Shown here piece by piece: positions 38,201-46,378 of a stretch of 64,000 nucleotides of DNA (position 1 is its first letter; each line of letters begins with the position of its first letter). The notes beneath the pieces are model-generated. The model had not been told where the DNA came from, did not search any database, and worked only from the letters and a program-made list of their open reading frames with translations. This DNA comes from an uncultured Rhodothermales bacterium (GTDB lineage Bacteria; Bacteroidota; Rhodothermia; Rhodothermales; VXPQ01). The stretch covers positions 38,195 through 102,194 of the forward strand of contig CAZKNF010000004.1 of the NCBI GenBank assembly GCA_964554105.1. Reading direction: 5' to 3'. The position numbers were made by a program, and so were the translations under genes.

Positions 38201-38380
38201 AACTATCTGCCCGTCAGTACTGTCGTTGGAATGCCTCTTATTGATTTGCTCCACAAAAGAATATCGTACCGTAGTACAAACTCTCTGAAAAACGGCGGTA
38301 AAAACAAGCCGTAATTTTTACCCGCAAATTGCAAAACTGATTCGTTATTTCGACACGTACATACCTGTACACATCTCCGT

Positions 38381-38698
38381 ATGTCAAAAAAGGACAATAG
38401 TGGGTCAACAGCCGAGACGCCTCAGGCCGAATCCACATCGAAAGTCGGCCGGACCAGGCGTGCGTTGAAATGGCTTCTTATCATCATCGCACTTCTCTTC
38501 TTCTTGTCCGTACTTCGCGAGGCATTCGATCCTTTCGGGGATAATCCGTACCTGGAGATCTCACACGGCGACCACGTCCATTATGTGCCTGAAGACCGCG
38601 ATCCGAACGTCCCGATAGGCCGCTTTCCAACATCGGAGCCCGCCGCGGACGAGCGCATCACACCAGATGGCCGGATCGTCAAAAAGAACCAGGAGTAG
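38381..38698 (+). CDS. Small single-pass membrane protein with one histidine-triad (HxxHxH) motif
   Basis: TM helix WLLIIIALLFFLSVL. The sequence EISHGDHVHYVPEDRD (nt 38564-38590) closely resembles the streptococcal Pht triad context HGDHYHYIP. No competing ORF exists on the other strand. Confidence 0.55.
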   Translation: MSKKDNSGSTAETPQAESTSKVGRTRRALKWLLIIIALLFFLSVLREAFDPFGDNPYLEISHGDHVHYVPEDRDPNVPIGRFPTSEPAADERITPDGRIVKKNQE

Positions 38699-38711
38699 CG
38701 TTGTAGCCTCC

Positions 38712-39524
38712 TCACGATGATGGCCTCATCAAACGCCTACCGACCATGACAGCGAGGCAAAACAATACAGCCTGCACCAGAATAATCGTCGCCCCGCTCG
38801 GAATGTCTAGTCCATACGATAGGAGAAGTCCCGCGATCGCACTCAACACCCCGATCAGGACCGAGACGAGGGACATCGCAAAGAACGTACGGCTCAGCAG
38901 GCGTGCTGCGGCGGCCGGAATTACTAGAAATGCAGCCACCAGCAGAATGCCGACTACTTTCACAGCGACGACCACCGTTACGGCGAGGAGCACGGATAGA
39001 AGATAATCGTGGCGCACCACGCGAAGCCCATCCGCCATGGCCAGTTCGGAGTCGAACGTCGCGTACGCCCAGCGACCCCACATGGGAATGAGCAATGTCG
39101 CCACAACCGTGACAAGAACTGTGACCCAGATATCGGCGACCGTCACGGCCAAAATTGAACCGAACAGATACGCAAATGCGTCGGCCGTGTAATCCTGCCG
39201 TAAGGAGAGGAACACGACGCCCAGTGCTACGGCGACAGAGAAGAAGATCCCAATGGCGGTATCGCCGGTAAGCCCGGTCGATGTGCGGATCCAATTAATG
39301 CCGACGGCGACGAGCGCCGTGAACGGCGCCGCGATCCAGAGTGGCTCCGTCTGGAGAAGCAGGCCCAACGCCACGCCTCCGAACGCAGCGTGAGCAAGGC
39401 CAGTCCCCAGAAAACTAAGCCGGCGCTGCACGACGAAGGCTCCGAAATAACTCGCCAGAAATCCGACCAGACAACCGGCGACGACTGCACGCTGCATGAA
39501 AGGCATGCTGAGCAGATCAATCAT
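38712..39524 (-). CDS. znuB: Metal (Zn/Mn) ABC transporter permease, ABC-3 family
   Basis: Roughly 8 TM helices, with N-terminal MPFMQRAVVAGCLVG typical of ZnuB/TroC. The start forms an ATGA overlap with znuC. Confidence 0.85.
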   Translation of the reverse strand: MIDLLSMPFMQRAVVAGCLVGFLASYFGAFVVQRRLSFLGTGLAHAAFGGVALGLLLQTEPLWIAAPFTALVAVGINWIRTSTGLTGDTAIGIFFSVAVALGVVFLSLRQDYTADAFAYLFGSILAVTVADIWVTVLVTVVATLLIPMWGRWAYATFDSELAMADGLRVVRHDYLLSVLLAVTVVVAVKVVGILLVAAFLVIPAAAARLLSRTFFAMSLVSVLIGVLSAIAGLLLSYGLDIPSGATIILVQAVLFCLAVMVGRRLMRPSS

Positions 39525-40330
39525 CCCTCTCGCTCCATCTCACTCGCAAGATAGGACATGCCGTGCGCGTGACCGACGTGCCCGAAAGCCTGCCTGAGAT
39601 TCGCCTCCGTCAGTACGTCATTTGGAGTTCCGAACCCTATCTGCCGCCTGTTTAGTAGGAGAACGTGCGAGGCATGGTGGTAGGCAACCTGCCAGTCGTG
39701 TGTCACCATAAGCACCGTCGCGCCATGGTCTTTCTGGTATTGCTCCAGCAGCTCGTATAGATCCGACGCGCCTGCCACGTCAATTCCAGCTGCCGGTTCA
39801 TCCAGCATCACAAGTTCCGGTTGACGAATCAAACTTCGTGCTAGAAAGACGCGCTGAAGCTCGCCGCCGGAAAGTGCGTTAAGCGATCGCTCTGCAAGAT
39901 GGGCAGCACCAACGCGGTCCAAGATCGCCATGGCGCGCTCCTTCTCGTCAGTCCGAATCCTTGCCGGCCATCGCCTTCGCTCTCCTGAGACAACCAACTC
40001 CATCGCCAGCGCCGGGAATGTCCGCTCCATCGTTTTAACCTGCGGCACATATCCGATTCGGGTCGGATCAACTCTGCCAGCGGGGCGGCCGAAAACCTCG
40101 AGATCTCCGGAAGTGGGGGTGATTACACCCAGGAACGTCTTTATGAGCGTGGTTTTTCCCGATCCATTCGGACCGATGATCGCAACAAAACTACCCTCCT
40201 CAACTGAAAACCGCGTGTGGTACACGGCTTCACGTGCGCCGTAGCGAACGATCAGATCCTGTGCTTTGATAACGCTCTGAGCCACGTGGTCCGCCTGTTT
40301 GCGTAGTGAAGCGACAGATAGAGCCATCAC
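39521..40330 (-). CDS. znuC: Metal (Zn/Mn) ABC transporter ATP-binding protein
   Basis: Walker A GPNGSGKTT, signature LSGGELQR, Walker B LVMLDEP. Confidence 0.9.
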   Translation of the reverse strand: MMALSVASLRKQADHVAQSVIKAQDLIVRYGAREAVYHTRFSVEEGSFVAIIGPNGSGKTTLIKTFLGVITPTSGDLEVFGRPAGRVDPTRIGYVPQVKTMERTFPALAMELVVSGERRRWPARIRTDEKERAMAILDRVGAAHLAERSLNALSGGELQRVFLARSLIRQPELVMLDEPAAGIDVAGASDLYELLEQYQKDHGATVLMVTHDWQVAYHHASHVLLLNRRQIGFGTPNDVLTEANLRQAFGHVGHAHGMSYLASEMEREG

Positions 40331-41271
40331 CTCGACCGCTCACGGCCAGGATGGTCCGATGCGGGCGTAAGAGCCTGCCGGAGTGTGTGCGCATTATATA
40401 AAATTAGATCCTCATACGTCATTCGGCCGTCCACACCTCCGATCGGGTCGAGTTCGATCACCGGGATGCTGAGCGTCTCCGATACGATTCGTGCCGCACG
40501 GTCGGGTGTCTGCGACAAAACGAGAACCGCGTCGGCGCCGGATTCGCGAACGTCATTCACGATGCGCAACATATCGTGTGCAGTCGGTTCCGAACCGGGT
40601 ATCCCCTCCACAACTCCCGCCAAACGCATTCCGTACCGCCCAAGAAAGTAGCCGAGAAAGGGATGCGAGAGCAAGACTGACCGACTCGCGACAGGCGCGA
40701 TCAATGCCTTGACGCTGTCGTGCAGCGCCGAGAGCCGTTCGGAGAAAAATCCTGCGTTCTCCGTGTACTCCGTACAATAGGTTGGGTCTGCCGCACACAG
40801 GGTATCTACCAGGACGGGAAGAAGGGCATCAACCGTGAGCGGATCCATCCAGAAATGTGGATCACGTCCCGTGGAATGCCCATGCGCAGCCCCTCCCGCA
40901 TCCTGCCGAGAGTGCAGATCACGTACCATCGAGTCGGGTAGCATATCGATCAGAGTGACCGTACGCTCGGAAGCGAGTCGCGCGCCCCAGGCGTCCAGTT
41001 CCGGTGCGCCGTAGTACAGCACTAATGCGTTGGCAGCGGCCCTAGCGTCGGATGGCCTGGGATCGTACGTGTGCGGTGACGCGCCCGCCGGCAGAAGATT
41101 GCGTACGGAACCGCGCTCACCCACGATCGGCTCCAGAATAGATCGAAAGGGATAAATGGTCGTCGCAAAGAGCAGACCGTCCGCGTCCTCATCTGTTGTT
41201 GCCGTATCCTGGCAGCCGAAGCTGATAAGAGCCAGGCATGAAAGCAGGATCGCGAGCCGAAAGAAGCGCAC
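40327..41271 (-). CDS. znuA: Metal (Zn/Mn) ABC transporter substrate-binding lipoprotein, ZnuA/TroA family
   Basis: Lipobox LISFGCQ. Motifs ASPHTYDP and DPHFWMDP, plus a short His-containing loop AAHGHSTG. The metal specificity is not proven. Confidence 0.8.
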   Translation of the reverse strand: MRFFRLAILLSCLALISFGCQDTATTDEDADGLLFATTIYPFRSILEPIVGERGSVRNLLPAGASPHTYDPRPSDARAAANALVLYYGAPELDAWGARLASERTVTLIDMLPDSMVRDLHSRQDAGGAAHGHSTGRDPHFWMDPLTVDALLPVLVDTLCAADPTYCTEYTENAGFFSERLSALHDSVKALIAPVASRSVLLSHPFLGYFLGRYGMRLAGVVEGIPGSEPTAHDMLRIVNDVRESGADAVLVLSQTPDRAARIVSETLSIPVIELDPIGGVDGRMTYEDLILYNAHTLRQALTPASDHPGRERSR

Positions 41272-41275
41272 AGAC

Positions 41276-43492
41276 TTAAAAGAAAAGTTTGTAGAGCAGC
41301 TTGATGTTGCGTCCTGGCTCGGGCATGACGCTTTTCACACGCGAGAGATGGTCACGATATTCAGAGTGGGTCATGTTTTCGACGACTGCGTCAACCGTAT
41401 GCAAAACCGAACCCGTTGTGAAATGATACTGAGCATAAGCTCCAACGACAATGTAGCCGTCGGTGGGCTGTTCGAGGGCGGCGACACGGTCCTGCTCGGC
41501 GGCGGCCACGAACGTGGCGCCAATCGTGTAGTCCCCGGATCGCACGCTCGCGTCCAACTTTCCCGTGAGCGGCGGCATCCACGGGAGCGGCTCCCCTGCA
41601 TCCGAAAGCGTCCCGCGAGTATAGCTTGTCGATGCACCCACTCTGACCATTCGATGGGGACGGATCTCAAGCGCCGCCTCTGTACCGAGCATTTCCGCCT
41701 CAGCCCCCGTCTGCTGAAAGATCGGCAAGAGCGTCCGTACATCGGTCGTGCCGGTATTACGAGGATAAATGAAGTTTTGGATGTGATTGTAATAGAAGGC
41801 AAGCGAAGCGGTCCAGCGCGGTCCGGCGTACCGGCCGAATGTCTCCAAACCCCATCCTATCTCCTTGCCGAGGTCCGGATTTCCAATCTCGAACGAGTAT
41901 GCCGCCAGGTGCGGACCTTCTGAATAGAGCTCTTCAATCCCGGGTACTCTAAGCGAACGCATGACAGTCGCCCCTACCGATGCACCTTCCATTGGATGCA
42001 GCATGCCTCGAAGCGATGCCGAAATTCCTCCGAAGCCTCGCTTACGAACATCGCCAATTGAGCTGTCCGAGGTTTCGAGCGGCGTGATCTGCTGGTAGTC
42101 ATATCTAATGCCAGCCTGCAGCGTCGTCCAATCAAAATGAATATCCTGAAACCCGAACCCCGCGATCGACCATTCCTCCGAGTTCGGCGTGAAGGAATAA
42201 CCTCCCGAAGCAAAATTCCGGTACGAGCCCCGTAAGCCTACAATTCCCTTCCTCACGTGCTCGTTGGAGTGGACGTGAAAGAGCGCTGCGCCGTCATAGG
42301 TCAACAGTCCGTACTCGATACCGAGCGTATTCTCGTCTTCGAACTCACGATGATGGTACCGCGAAAGTGACCCGCGCAGCTCGAGTCGAGGCACGAGGCG
42401 CATGGGCTCTACAATTTCGGCCCTGGCTTCGAGGTGCGATCGATCCATTTCGATGTTCACCCCGTTGGGATGGGCACCCACAAACCCCCCTGGAATGCCG
42501 TAATCGGATGCGTAATAGCTTACAGCGGCGCCTCCTGTGCCCCACCCGCCGCTTATACTGCTGCCCACAGAACCGTTCACAGTGGTAAGATCGGTATTCT
42601 GAAGAGGGCCCGCAGGGGTCGCCACATCACCGGCCGAACGCATGCTCCCGTCAGCCTTTAAGGCGAATGGCCCCACGGGTACGGTCACACCGAGCCCACC
42701 GGAAACGCCGCTGTTCACCGATTGCCCCTGAAGCGAAGCGGCCGTAAAAGCACGCCGTGGACGGGAGCTCGGAATATATCCACGTACCACATTGACCACG
42801 CCTCCGAGAGTGTTCGACCCGTAGACCAGCGCGGCGGGTCCACGGACGATCTCGATGCGTTCTGCCATCAGCGGATCGATCACAACGGCGTGATCGGTCG
42901 ATGTCGCTGACAGATCGCCCGTTCGCCCGCCGTCTTCCAAGACTAGTAGACGCTCGCCCCCAAGTCCTCTAAGCACCGGCCGCGCAGGCGCAGGACCCAT
43001 CGACCGCATTGCAAATCCCGGTTCGTCCGCAAGCGTCTCGGCGATCGTGGTGCCGAGCTTCTGGCGCAGCATACGCCCTTCCATCTCCATCGCAGCATCG
43101 GTGAGCTGTCGAGTGTCAGCTCGATCGCTTTCGACAACCACTTCACCGGACTCCAGAGGGGATTCGGTCATTCTGAGGCGCAGCATGAGGGTGTCTCCTG
43201 CCGGAACGGCTATAGACTCGATGAGCGGCTCGTATCCAATTCGATAGGCCTTCAACGTGTACGAATCTGCTGGTATGAACCGGATTTCGAATCGCCCGGA
43301 GGCATCGGCTGCAATAGACCGGTTCACTTCCTCAAGCAAAATCTGGGCGAAGGCGACCGGCTCACCCGTGGACGCGTCCGACACCATCCCCGCAACCGTA
43401 CCAGCATTCCCCTGGGCGCGCACGGCGGCAACATGGAATAAAGCTGCCGCAAGCATCACAAAGATGAGGCCCCTCTGAGTTGGACACTTCAT
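41276..43492 (-). CDS. TonB-dependent outer membrane receptor with N-terminal CarboxypepD_reg-like domain
   Basis: Signal peptide, then GTVAGMVSDASTGEPVAFAQILL (carboxypeptidase-regulatory-like). Plug-domain motifs follow (IEIVRGPAALVYGSNTLGGVVNVV), and the protein ends with the terminal F of a beta-barrel. Confidence 0.9.
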   Translation of the reverse strand: MKCPTQRGLIFVMLAAALFHVAAVRAQGNAGTVAGMVSDASTGEPVAFAQILLEEVNRSIAADASGRFEIRFIPADSYTLKAYRIGYEPLIESIAVPAGDTLMLRLRMTESPLESGEVVVESDRADTRQLTDAAMEMEGRMLRQKLGTTIAETLADEPGFAMRSMGPAPARPVLRGLGGERLLVLEDGGRTGDLSATSTDHAVVIDPLMAERIEIVRGPAALVYGSNTLGGVVNVVRGYIPSSRPRRAFTAASLQGQSVNSGVSGGLGVTVPVGPFALKADGSMRSAGDVATPAGPLQNTDLTTVNGSVGSSISGGWGTGGAAVSYYASDYGIPGGFVGAHPNGVNIEMDRSHLEARAEIVEPMRLVPRLELRGSLSRYHHREFEDENTLGIEYGLLTYDGAALFHVHSNEHVRKGIVGLRGSYRNFASGGYSFTPNSEEWSIAGFGFQDIHFDWTTLQAGIRYDYQQITPLETSDSSIGDVRKRGFGGISASLRGMLHPMEGASVGATVMRSLRVPGIEELYSEGPHLAAYSFEIGNPDLGKEIGWGLETFGRYAGPRWTASLAFYYNHIQNFIYPRNTGTTDVRTLLPIFQQTGAEAEMLGTEAALEIRPHRMVRVGASTSYTRGTLSDAGEPLPWMPPLTGKLDASVRSGDYTIGATFVAAAEQDRVAALEQPTDGYIVVGAYAQYHFTTGSVLHTVDAVVENMTHSEYRDHLSRVKSVMPEPGRNIKLLYKLFF

Positions 43493-43944
43493 TCGACGAC
43501 GACGGCTATATCCGGCGTGGTAAAGTCGGGATGACTTAGGTGCATCAACTGGAGCGTGAACGCGGTCGTATCCACCCTCAACCCAGCGATCTTAAACGTC
43601 CACCGACCCTCTCGGACTACCGCCAGCACGTCGTCGTCCCGCACGGTCCAGTCCAGAGAAAAATCGTCATCAAAATCTTCACTGTGGATTCGATCGCCGT
43701 CCTGATCCAAAAATTCGACCTCGTACGCCTGGGACGTGTCACCTATCGCCGCGCGCAGAGTGTCGCTAACTTGCGCGCCCTGCACCGTGAGCACCGTGGC
43801 GGCACCCTGTTCGAGAACCAGCCCTGCGGCCTGAGCATGATCATGATTGTCGTCTTCCACCGGATTATCACATCCCGCGGTGATAAACATTGCAGCGGTG
43901 AAAATAAGTATGATGTATGGATACATGGGACCTCTCTTTGACAT
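43489..43944 (-). CDS. Small His/Asp-rich lipoprotein, translationally coupled to the TonB receptor
   Basis: Lipobox FITAGCDN followed by PVEDDNHDHAQA. The C-terminal region carries LMHLSHPDF. Its stop forms an ATGA overlap with the receptor start. Confidence 0.6.
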   Translation of the reverse strand: MSKRGPMYPYIILIFTAAMFITAGCDNPVEDDNHDHAQAAGLVLEQGAATVLTVQGAQVSDTLRAAIGDTSQAYEVEFLDQDGDRIHSEDFDDDFSLDWTVRDDDVLAVVREGRWTFKIAGLRVDTTAFTLQLMHLSHPDFTTPDIAVVVE

Positions 43945-44017
43945 CGAAACACAGCCTGTATGAACACGGCAGCGCTTACTCGCGCGGCGCGCTCAACGTT
44001 TACCTGGTTAGGGTTAT

Positions 44018-44040
44018 TCCGTACGGTCACCCCGTACGGA
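44018..44040. promoter_or_regulatory. Duplicated palindromic octamer CCGTACGG-N5-CCGTACGG (9-bp hairpin, or a dimer-binding site)
   Basis: Read directly from the sequence: tCCGTACGGtcaccCCGTACGGa, in the 135-nt gap upstream of the lipoprotein/TonB/znu genes. No U-tract follows it on the minus strand. Confidence 0.3.
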
Positions 44041-44079
44041 TGTCCTCTATTCGTCGCAACGGCGCGACGACGGACGATA

Positions 44080-44457
44080 TCAGACTATGATAGGAGGAGC
44101 TCTGATCGAGAGATGATCGACGGATCGGCTGGATGGCTGGGTATACGGTTGATCCGAAAACGATTCGAGCGATGGCGGGGGGACAGGTGACTCCTTCTCG
44201 AGCGGTGAGCTGCACGCTAATCGTGCACAGAGCTGACATTGTATATCGACGGGCGGCGTACGCTCTTCGACGAGCCTTTTGGCGAGAAGTGCATGCGATT
44301 CGCCCACGCTTTGGACGATGTACGGGGCCGGGTCACCGTGTTGATGCGTCGCGGCGCGCACGTGCTCGAATTTGTGCAGTACAGGCGCGCCAACTCCGCC
44401 CACCACGAATATGGCAAGCAGGATAAGGGCAATCGATGGCTTGGTCTCGCGCATCAC
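44080..44457 (-). CDS. Small membrane-anchored protein with His and Cys motifs (DUF2946-like theme)
   Basis: N-terminal TM helix SIALILLAIFVVGGV, then HKFEHVRAATHQHGD, ESH and CQLCARLAC. The family assignment is tentative. Confidence 0.45.
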   Translation of the reverse strand: MMRETKPSIALILLAIFVVGGVGAPVLHKFEHVRAATHQHGDPAPYIVQSVGESHALLAKRLVEERTPPVDIQCQLCARLACSSPLEKESPVPPPSLESFSDQPYTQPSSRSVDHLSIRAPPIIV

Positions 44458-44532
44458 GTCAGGTTCGGATGTCGGCTTTGAGTCGAAGAGGGCGGCGACA
44501 CGACAGGCCTTCCACAGGAATTTACAGGCCCG

Positions 44533-45105
44533 TCAGGCCGCATGCGTCGTATAGAGTGGGTAATCCGCCTCTACGTCGCCCCTCGCCATCTCGCGCAGTT
44601 TTCGCCGAAGAAGTCGGCGCCGGAAGGAGCTAATGTGATCGACAAATAGGATGCCTTCAAGATGATCGTATTCATGTTGAATTACCCGCGCCACCACGTC
44701 GCTTACCTCCAGTTCCCGGGACTTAAACTCACGATCGAGATACTGCAGTCGAACCTTTTCGGGGCGAACAACAAGTTCTCGAATGTCAGGTATTGAAAGG
44801 CAGCCTTCTTCAAATTCGCTTTCCTCCTCACTCTCCCAGGTAATCTCAGGATTGACGAATACCATCGGTTGCGAAGGTAAATCGGGGTCGATCTCCTCAG
44901 AATCATCGTACATCGGCGTGATATCTGCGACGAAAATGCGTTCACTTCGGCCGACCTGGGGCGCCGCCAGACCGACTCCTTCCGCGGAACCCATGGTCTC
45001 GATCATGTCATCGATGAGGCGCTGGACGTCGTCCGAGTTCTCCGTGACATTTATCGTCTTTTCGCGCAGAACGGAATCGCCGTAGACCCGAATAGGTAAT
45101 ATCAT
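44533..45105 (-). CDS. def: Peptide deformylase
   Basis: Motifs GVGLAAPQVG, EGCLS and QHEYDHLEG. Confidence 0.92.
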   Translation of the reverse strand: MILPIRVYGDSVLREKTINVTENSDDVQRLIDDMIETMGSAEGVGLAAPQVGRSERIFVADITPMYDDSEEIDPDLPSQPMVFVNPEITWESEEESEFEEGCLSIPDIRELVVRPEKVRLQYLDREFKSRELEVSDVVARVIQHEYDHLEGILFVDHISSFRRRLLRRKLREMARGDVEADYPLYTTHAA

Positions 45106-45224
45106 ACGCTGCCTGATATAGTCCGCCTTTTACCCGTGCAGAGGCCATCCTGCACTCACTCCGGAAGTCGCCCGGTGCTAATAGAACAGGGCAAAAGCAT
45201 AAAAAGTGCCGCGTTCGTCGGATA

Positions 45225-45653
45225 TTAAACGCTGCTTAGCTGATCGAGATACTCCTGCAAAATGACGGCTGCAGCCGCCGCGTTGACACGATTCTTACTG
45301 CGTCGCGCCTTCTTCGAGACGCCCGCATTGAATAGCGCTTGTTTTGCACTTTCCGACGAAAACCGCTCATCCCATTTAACGATCATAGTATCCGGAAAGC
45401 GGCTCTCAAGCCTATTTATGAAAGGTTGCACCATCGCCATGGCGGTGGCATCGTCGTCTTGTGGATTTGCCGGCCATCCCACAATGATGGATGCTACACC
45501 TGATTCATCCATGATCGCAGCTATGCGATCTAAGACCTCTCGAGGTCGGCACGTATCGAGCGGCTGTGCGAACAGATGTAATGGATCGGAGATGGCGATT
45601 CCCACTCGCTTTGTACCGTAGTCGATTCCTACGATGCGGGCCCGGCTTTGCAT
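45225..45653 (-). CDS. ruvX: Holliday junction resolvase-like / pre-16S rRNA nuclease RuvX (YqgF)
   Basis: The sequence IVGIDYGTKRVGIAISD...DERFSS is characteristic. Confidence 0.9.
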   Translation of the reverse strand: MQSRARIVGIDYGTKRVGIAISDPLHLFAQPLDTCRPREVLDRIAAIMDESGVASIIVGWPANPQDDDATAMAMVQPFINRLESRFPDTMIVKWDERFSSESAKQALFNAGVSKKARRSKNRVNAAAAAVILQEYLDQLSSV

Positions 45654-45693
45654 CAGGGAGGTCTCACATCTGGCAGTGAGAGCAGGAACAGAT

Positions 45694-45732
45694 CAGACAA
45701 AGAAAGCGGAACAGGGCATCCCCGTCCCGCTT
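45694..45732 (-). terminator. Rho-independent terminator downstream of the HU-like gene
   Basis: The minus-strand RNA reads AAGCGGGACGGGG-aug-CCCUGUUCCGCUU followed by UCUUUGUCUG. That gives a stem of about 13 bp including G-U pairs. Confidence 0.5.
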
Positions 45733-45765
45733 CTCAATCTCACGAATAGTTGATCGGTTTCGCCC

Positions 45766-46161
45766 CTAGGATACGGATCCGTTTGTCGCGAATTCAGTGT
45801 GGACGACGTGATCTGCGCTTCCCGTCGGGATATTGTAGTTAAGTTCGTCGAGAGGTGTTTGTAGTACCTCCTTAAGCCGTTTGCTTGGCTTGAAATGTGT
45901 CTTCCGGCGGCTTGGGATGAATACGGTCTCGTTCGTCTTCGGATTTCGTGCCTTGGGCTTCGCTTTCGTCTTCTTCACCTCAAAAACACCAAAATCCCGC
46001 AGCTCGATGCGAACTTCAGGATCGGCTTCCAGCATAAGATCGCCGATGGCGCTGATTACTGCGCTGACCCACGGCTCACTCTTATAGATCGGCTGATCCA
46101 TTTTGTCGGCCACGCGTCGTGCCACATCCTTCTTCGTCAGTGTGTCTGAACGTTTGGGCAT
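45766..46161 (-). CDS. HU/IHF family DNA-binding protein with terminal extensions
   Basis: The sequence IELRDFGVFEVKKTKAKPKARNPKTNETVFIPSRRKTHFKPSKRLKE is the beta-arm region of HU/IHF. Confidence 0.8.
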   Translation of the reverse strand: MPKRSDTLTKKDVARRVADKMDQPIYKSEPWVSAVISAIGDLMLEADPEVRIELRDFGVFEVKKTKAKPKARNPKTNETVFIPSRRKTHFKPSKRLKEVLQTPLDELNYNIPTGSADHVVHTEFATNGSVS

Positions 46162-46378
46162 AGTATAAAGCTCCGAAAAATAGGCCTCTACTGTGATGGG
46201 GATGGACGAAGCTTTTTACCGTCAGACACGCCGAGTTTCCCGAACGGTGCAACGCGGCACCAAAATGCCTACAAAGCAAGTACCAAGCTTCTATCTTCTA
46301 ACCTAGTATTTTTAACGATTTACCGCCAAAAACGCGATCAGTATACTAAAAACGTCAGGCAATTGACAACGAAAAAAA

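Noticed and set aside
38295-38325. The hairpin GCGGGTAAAAA...TTTTTACCGC, with a following T-run on the minus strand, was considered as the terminator of the znuACB operon.
   Set aside because: The stem is AT-rich and contains a bulge. It lies about 390 nt beyond the znuB stop, and using it would require transcription antisense through a plausible coding ORF. I kept it only as a possible regulatory element within a finding and did not annotate it as a terminator.
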